Shown piece by piece: positions 58,502 to 63,562 of a DNA stretch of 63,562 nucleotides (position 1 is the first letter of the stretch; the number at the start of each line of letters is the position of its first letter). Under the pieces are notes generated by a model. That model was not told where the DNA came from. It saw nothing but the letters and a program-made list of their open reading frames with translations, and did no database searches. The DNA comes from Candidatus Woesearchaeota archaeon. Lineage in GTDB: Archaea > Nanobdellota > Nanobdellia > Woesearchaeales > BS150m-G63. Where the stretch lies: the NCBI GenBank assembly GCA_019322735.1, contig JAHWIG010000003.1:1-63562 (forward strand), written 5' to 3'. A program made the translations under genes and the position numbers.

Positions 58502-58672
58502 ATGTCAGATAACCTTATTGTGAAATCAAATATAAAGAATGTTGTAGAAAATTATAATGTTTCAGGAGATTTTTCTGATGCACTTAATGATAAGGTAAGG
58601 AAACTTATCATGGACGCTGTTGCAAGGGCAGAAGCAAATGGAAGAAGAACAGTGATGGCAAAAGACATTTAA
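58502..58672 (+). CDS. 56-aa histone-fold-like (half-histone / DUF1931-like) protein
   Basis: MSDNLIVKSNIKNVVENYNVSGDFSDALNDKVRKLIMDAVARAEANGRRTVMAKDI. The ending matches the histone alpha2-L2-alpha3 pattern (A..A...GRKTV...D). SD AAGGTGAT lies 4 nt before the ATG. It is below the ORF-track cutoff. Confidence 0.45.
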   Translation: MSDNLIVKSNIKNVVENYNVSGDFSDALNDKVRKLIMDAVARAEANGRRTVMAKDI

Positions 58673-59274
58673 TTTTTTGTCTTTTTCAATCGCTCTTTAA
58701 GCAATTTTAGCTTACTTTCTATAACTTTTGCTTCTTTCTTATGTTTTTTGACTTTCTTGAATTTATTATGGATCTCCTCTACATTTTTTATCTGCTTTTC
58801 CAGTCTTAAAACAGATCTAAGATCCTTGACCCTTTTTTTTGGCACTTCCTTTACATATTCCTTAATGATTTTTTCATCTGCTTCTCTCAATTTCTTTCTT
58901 AGCTGTTCCACTTCTTTTGTTAATTCCTTTATTTTAGTAGTTTCTGCCTTGTTTTCTGCAATCAATTCTCTCTCTTTCTGCAATGCATTATGTATTTTAT
59001 CTTCTAATACATTCAGGGCTTCTTCAACTCTGGCAGTATTGCTGATCCCAGGAACATCTCTTAAGTATTTTAAATGAGACTTTAATTCTGTCTTAGCCTT
59101 ATCTCTCTCAGAAATCTTTATATGTGCGGTGACAACATGATTAAGAAAATATTTTACCCTCTTAATATCTATCTGATCTCTTTTAAGCGGAAGAACAGTT
59201 TCTTTAAGTTTCTTTGGCAATTCCTTTCTCTTTAATATAGGATGTTTTGCCGGTCTTTCAGAACTAATCATCAT
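58669..59274 (-). CDS. Basic coiled-coil hypothetical protein
   Basis: 201 aa, K/E-rich and helical. Confidence 0.45.
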   Translation of the reverse strand: MMISSERPAKHPILKRKELPKKLKETVLPLKRDQIDIKRVKYFLNHVVTAHIKISERDKAKTELKSHLKYLRDVPGISNTARVEEALNVLEDKIHNALQKERELIAENKAETTKIKELTKEVEQLRKKLREADEKIIKEYVKEVPKKRVKDLRSVLRLEKQIKNVEEIHNKFKKVKKHKKEAKVIESKLKLLKERLKKTKN

Positions 59275-59276
59275 AA

Positions 59277-59795
59277 TTATCCTGGGGGCATAATTGGTGG
59301 TCTGCCAGGAATTGGTGCTTGTCCAATAGCTGGAGCAGGTGCCATTCTCGGAACTGCTGCAGGTCCTGGAACACTAGGAGTTGTAGGGGTGGGAGCAGGA
59401 GGAGCAAGATTTGGCCTTGCAGCTACTGCGTCTTTCTTAGCTTTCTTATCACTTTCTTCTTTCATCTGCTTAACTAGATCAGCAATTGCAACAATACCAT
59501 CTGCAATTTTATCATGCTGTTCAAGAATCTGATCCATTTTCTTATTCAAATTTTCAAAAAATGGCCCAATCTGTTTCATAAATTCCAAAGAGCCTGCCTC
59601 TTCTTTTATTTCTTTATTGGCAACCTTGAACAATTCAAACATATTGTTCATACTCTTAGTTAGCTTTTCCATAGAACCAGATAAATTTTGACCAGAAGGA
59701 GCTGATCCAAGAGGATCTTTCTTAATACCTTCAATATCTTTTTTTAATTCTTCAATCTCTCTTTTTGGAACAATCTCAAATTCGTCGCCAGGCAT
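59277..59795 (-). CDS. Hypothetical helical protein with a Pro/Ala-rich C-terminal tail
   Basis: 172 aa, with the tail APPAPTPTTPSVPGPAAVPRMAPAPAIGQAPIPGRPPIMPPG. Confidence 0.45.
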   Translation of the reverse strand: MPGDEFEIVPKREIEELKKDIEGIKKDPLGSAPSGQNLSGSMEKLTKSMNNMFELFKVANKEIKEEAGSLEFMKQIGPFFENLNKKMDQILEQHDKIADGIVAIADLVKQMKEESDKKAKKDAVAARPNLAPPAPTPTTPSVPGPAAVPRMAPAPAIGQAPIPGRPPIMPPG

Positions 59796-59958
59796 ATTAT
59801 CACACTCTTTTTATCTAATCAATAAATAACCCCTTTCTTTATAATATTTTCTATTTTTTAAATATTTATATTTCTAATCGAATTATCTCCAAGTATTTTG
59901 AATTTCCCTCTAAGTTTTCCTGCAAGTTATTATAAAAAAGAAAAAATAAATAATCAAT

Positions 59959-60366
59959 ATGAAAATAAGAGACTTAGAAAAGAAATTAAACCAATTTGAA
60001 AAGATATACAGCTCATTTTTAGGTGCAGCAGAAACGCCTATCAATAAAAAAACAGATGAAAATTACTTCATTAATCAAACCCACACTTTAACAGAAATAA
60101 TTAAAACAATAAAAATAAACAAAGGAAACACAAAATTATATCTTCAAAAAAACAACCACAAGGATTTGCAGTCATTTGAATCAATAATTGGAAAACAAGG
60201 ATTAAATGATTATATTAATTTGCAGGAAAAAGAAGCAGAAAACATAAAATACGAATTAAAGGTATCATCAAAAGAAAATACAAAATATGTTAAAGGACTT
60301 ATTTTCAAATATCTCAATGCAAAAAAAGAAGCAGTTTATGTAAAAAACTTTCTAACTACATCATAG
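59959..60366 (+). CDS. Hypothetical protein
   Basis: 135-aa ORF with no motif. Confidence 0.4.
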   Translation: MKIRDLEKKLNQFEKIYSSFLGAAETPINKKTDENYFINQTHTLTEIIKTIKINKGNTKLYLQKNNHKDLQSFESIIGKQGLNDYINLQEKEAENIKYELKVSSKENTKYVKGLIFKYLNAKKEAVYVKNFLTTS

Positions 60367-61984
60367 GCGGCATTCCGCCCATATCCGGACCAGGCATATT
60401 CTCTTTTCCGCTTGAAGTAGAAATAACATCATCTATTCTTAATATCATGGATGCAACCTCTGATGCAGAGCTTACTGCTTGAGTTTTTATCTTCAATGGC
60501 TCAATGATTCCTGCTTTCCATGCATCAATCACCTTACCATTAAATATGTCCATTCCAGCCCATTTATTGCCCTTATCATGCATAGCTTTCATCTCTGTTA
60601 ATACATCAATAGGATCCAAACCAGCATTTTCTGCTAAGGTTTTTGGAATTATCTCCATAGCATCAGCAAATGCAAGAACAGCTAATTGCTCCCTTCCTGA
60701 TAATGAATTTGCAAAATGCCTTATATTTCTTGAAAGTTCAATTTCTGATCCACCAGCTCCCGCAACAACTTTTCCATTCCTCAAAGCTGCAGCAACATCA
60801 CCAATAGCATCTTCCATTGCTCTTTTTGTTTCTTCTGTTACCTGCTCAGTTCCACCACGTAACAATAATGTGACAGATTTAGCATGCTTGCATTTCTTAA
60901 CAAAAGTCATCTCTTCACTACCTACTTTTCTCTCTTCAACAACACCAGCATTCCCCAAATCATTCTTGCTTAAATCTTCTAAATTAGTGACAATATTAGC
61001 ACCAGTTGCCTTACTTAACTTTCTCATATCACTTTCCTTGACCCTTCTACAGGCATATATCCCCTTTTTAGCTAGGAAATGCTGTGCTACATCATCAATT
61101 CCTTTCTGACAGAACAATACATTCGCTCCACTCTTAACAATAGCACTAATCATATCTCTCAGCATCTTTTCTTCTTGGTCTAAAAATGCCTGCATTTGAT
61201 TAGGATTAGTTATCTGTATCTTTGCATCCATCTCAGTAGTCTTTATCTCTAGAGAGGAATCCACTAATGCAACTTTAGCATTCTTCACTACCCTACTCAT
61301 TCCAGTATGCACCCTCTCTTTGTCCAATATAATCCCCTCAACTAGCTCAGAATCCTCAACAGCAGACCCTGTTTTTGTCTCTATTTTAATATTATCAAGA
61401 TCAATTATTATCTCGCCATCTTCTTTTTCCATAATGCTCTTAACAGCCTTTACAGCAATTATAGCAAGTTTTTCTTTTGATGTCTCTGCACCCTTACCAG
61501 TCATTGCAGTCATGGCAACTTTGTTCAGTATATCTTCATCATTCTCATCTATATTCTCTGCAATATTATCAAGAACAGTCTGTGCTTTCTCAGCAGCCAT
61601 CCTATATCCCTTAATAATGACAGTTGGATGTATATTCTGATCAAGAAGATCTTCTGATTTCTTCAATAATTCACCAGCTAAGATAACTGCTGTTGTTGTA
61701 CCATCTCCAACCTCAGATTCTTGTGTTTTAGCAACTTCAACAATCATCTTTGCAGAAGGATGCTCAATAGCCATCTCTTCTAATATTGTTACACCATCAT
61801 TAGTAATTGTAACATCACCCATAAAATCAACAAGCATCTTATCCATTCCTTTTGGTCCAAGAGTGGATTTTACTACATCAGCTACCTGCTTAGCAGCAGA
61901 AATATTTACCTTTTGAGCATTCTTACCAGTTATTCTTTGAGAGTCCTCTGGCAATATGAATATGGGTTGCATTGGCTGTTTCAT
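60356..61984 (-). CDS. ths: Thermosome subunit (group II chaperonin)
   Basis: [32 protein letters not shown] and a C-terminal GGMPPMM. Confidence 0.95.
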   Translation of the reverse strand: MKQPMQPIFILPEDSQRITGKNAQKVNISAAKQVADVVKSTLGPKGMDKMLVDFMGDVTITNDGVTILEEMAIEHPSAKMIVEVAKTQESEVGDGTTTAVILAGELLKKSEDLLDQNIHPTVIIKGYRMAAEKAQTVLDNIAENIDENDEDILNKVAMTAMTGKGAETSKEKLAIIAVKAVKSIMEKEDGEIIIDLDNIKIETKTGSAVEDSELVEGIILDKERVHTGMSRVVKNAKVALVDSSLEIKTTEMDAKIQITNPNQMQAFLDQEEKMLRDMISAIVKSGANVLFCQKGIDDVAQHFLAKKGIYACRRVKESDMRKLSKATGANIVTNLEDLSKNDLGNAGVVEERKVGSEEMTFVKKCKHAKSVTLLLRGGTEQVTEETKRAMEDAIGDVAAALRNGKVVAGAGGSEIELSRNIRHFANSLSGREQLAVLAFADAMEIIPKTLAENAGLDPIDVLTEMKAMHDKGNKWAGMDIFNGKVIDAWKAGIIEPLKIKTQAVSSASEVASMILRIDDVISTSSGKENMPGPDMGGMPPMM

Positions 61985-62111
61985 TTTTTTACCTTTAGTA
62001 TGAAACCTTTAAGGTATAGTCTTATTGATTTCATTTTTCAATTCTCCCCCCTTTATTTAATCAGTATTAATAAACAAAATACCAGAGTTTTAAAAAGATT
62101 TCGGTATAATC

Positions 62112-62762
62112 CTAAGCAATAGCTATTTTTTCTCCCGTAAGCTTATTAACTCTATTCATGATTCTCTTCTTCATCTCATCAGTAAGATGCTTTTTTACTT
62201 TATCATCAAAAATTACCTTAATTTCCTTATCTTTCTTCTCAACTTTAACTTCATTAATCCTCAAATCCATTTCTATTAATGCCTTTACCTTCTCAACAGA
62301 ATCTTTTACTATTTTTCTTGCTTTAATATCATATGATAGTTCTTTCCCAGAAAGAGGATGATTAAAATCAACCATACATCTTCCACCAGTTACTGTTCTT
62401 ATTACACCAAATTGATTATTGATATTAACTCCTAAACCAGGAACAGGATTTATATTCTGCTTCCTAAAAACAGAAGTAGGGACCAATGTAATCATCTTTG
62501 CATCTTTCTTGCCAAATGCTTCTTCTGGTTTTAATTCAACCTTATATTTTCTTCCAGCTTCTTTGCCAATCAAGCTGTTTTCAATATTCCTGAAAATATG
62601 CCCCTGGCCAACACAAATAATGACTGGTTTATAGTCTGCTTTATCACTTAAATTATTTTCCACTGCTACCTTCTTAGAAGTTGTATCAAAGACCTCTTTA
62701 GTTTCTTTTATCTTTCCAGTAAAATCAACTTCAACAAAATCATTCTTTTTTATCTTTGCCAT
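62112..62762 (-). CDS. FKBP-type peptidyl-prolyl isomerase (SlyD-like, with insert-in-flap and C-terminal domains)
   Basis: VEVDFTGKI..., FGKKD and VDFNHPLSGKEL. Confidence 0.85.
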   Translation of the reverse strand: MAKIKKNDFVEVDFTGKIKETKEVFDTTSKKVAVENNLSDKADYKPVIICVGQGHIFRNIENSLIGKEAGRKYKVELKPEEAFGKKDAKMITLVPTSVFRKQNINPVPGLGVNINNQFGVIRTVTGGRCMVDFNHPLSGKELSYDIKARKIVKDSVEKVKALIEMDLRINEVKVEKKDKEIKVIFDDKVKKHLTDEMKKRIMNRVNKLTGEKIAIA

Positions 62763-62782
62763 CCTTTCAAAGAATTTACTTC

Positions 62783-63328
62783 CTATTTATAACCTTTTTG
62801 TTCTATAAAAGATAATATTTTATCTGCAGTCTTTTCAGTAGAGATATCAGTTGTATCAATAATAATATCAAAATTTACTTTGTCCTCAAAATCAATGCTA
62901 TAGTACTTTTGATATCTTTTATGATCACTCTCTACTCTTTTAGATAATCTATTTTTAAGTTCTTCAATACTATCTTCCTGCTCTTCATCTTCTCGTTTAA
63001 TTGAAAAAATACGTTGTGCCCCCACATAACCATCAACATCAAGAAATATCTTAATAGAATGTGGTATAAAATAATATGATAATCTGCCGTCAATCACAAA
63101 ATGATCTTCGTCCTTGCCTAGTTTTTCCTGATATTCATCCGCTTTTTTATCTGTAAAATCTTCTTTTTCTCCTACTTCATTCAGCTCATCAATTGTTATT
63201 CCCCTGTCAATAGCCATCTTTCCCCTAAGATCGCCGATAGAATACTTATTTAATCCGAGTTTAGCAGCAATAATCTTTGCAACTGTGCTCTTGCCAGAAC
63301 CAGGTTTCCCAGATATGGTGATAATCAT
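62783..63328 (-). CDS. cmk: Archaeal-type cytidylate kinase
   Basis: MIITISGKPGSGKSTVAKIIA P-loop at ~180 aa. Confidence 0.8.
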   Translation of the reverse strand: MIITISGKPGSGKSTVAKIIAAKLGLNKYSIGDLRGKMAIDRGITIDELNEVGEKEDFTDKKADEYQEKLGKDEDHFVIDGRLSYYFIPHSIKIFLDVDGYVGAQRIFSIKREDEEQEDSIEELKNRLSKRVESDHKRYQKYYSIDFEDKVNFDIIIDTTDISTEKTADKILSFIEQKGYK

Positions 63329-63329
63329 T

Positions 63330-63562
63330 TTACTTAAACTTCATTGGCATATTTCCCATACCTTTCATCATCTTCTCAATGCCCTTCATTCCCTTTTTGC
63401 CCTTGAATTTCTTCATCATCTTCTTACTCATCCTATACTGCTTTACCAGTTCTCTTACTTCTTTGATATCCACACCAGATCCTTTTGAGATCCTCTCAGC
63501 CTTTTTAGCAGTTATTGTTTCAGGATCCTCAAGCTCTGATTTATTCATAGAATCCATGATAT
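63330..63562 (-). CDS. srp54: Signal recognition particle protein SRP54, C-terminal end (partial; continues beyond the window)
   Basis: Met-rich M-domain tail ...KKMMKKFKGKKGMKGIEKMMKGMGNMPMKFK. The frame is open to the window edge. Confidence 0.8.
   Translation of the reverse strand, partial: IMDSMNKSELEDPETITAKKAERISKGSGVDIKEVRELVKQYRMSKKMMKKFKGKKGMKGIEKMMKGMGNMPMKFK

Noticed and set aside
60504-61640. ORFs 60504..61109(+) and 61320..61640(+), antisense to the thermosome gene, plus similar antisense ORFs within dnaK, ppsA, UPF0182 and xerA
   Set aside because: They lie opposite strongly conserved genes, give Ser/Leu/Phe-rich products, and have no start signals.

Overview
This is an AT-rich archaeal chromosomal segment, roughly one-third G+C by eye. 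Its gene content fits a small-genome DPANN-like archaeon: compact informational operons, bacterial-type dnaK and gap genes, Lys/Glu-rich tails on ribosomal proteins, and a helicase lacking its first domain. The recognisable blocks, in order, are: (1) a giant parallel-beta-helix surface-protein locus with a tandem-HTH regulator (1-4.8 kb); (2) DUF368, the CCA-adding enzyme and a Na+/H+ antiporter; (3) the PIN-rpoE-spt4-S24e-S27ae operon; (4) the uL1-P0-P1 operon; (5) uppS, rpoL and a METTL5-like methylase; (6) a ~2.6-kb cassette holding a single-strand TCCCA repeat array, two wHTH paralogs and a Xer-like tyrosine recombinase, next to a perfect 11-6-11 palindrome; (7) aIF2-gamma and S6e; (8) ppsA-gap-pgk; (9) UPF0182, Rpp21 and a radical SAM protein; (10) tRNA-Asn and tRNA-Ile followed by a Hel308-like helicase missing its RecA1 domain; (11) grpE-dnaK-dnaJ and cbf5; (12) the exosome/proteasome superoperon (pop5-psmA-SBDS-rrp4-rrp41-rrp42-rpoK); (13) alba, S17e, GluRS, thermosome, FKBP, cmk and a partial srp54. 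I found four tRNAs, no rRNA and no CRISPR array. The observations most worth follow-up are these. An imperfect inverted repeat flanks a 192-bp core at the convergent 3' ends of two surface-protein paralogs, a candidate inversion switch. A 13-bp tandem duplication splits that ~1390-aa gene. The recombinase cassette carries a palindromic core site, direct repeats and the TCCCA array. A 30-nt block is identical between the Lys/Glu-rich tails of uL1 and eS6. The truncated helicase sits directly behind the tRNA pair. One gene has a signal-anchor extension with no canonical start codon, only ATA behind a strong Shine-Dalgarno. All calls come from reading the sequence and ORF translations; no database search was run.
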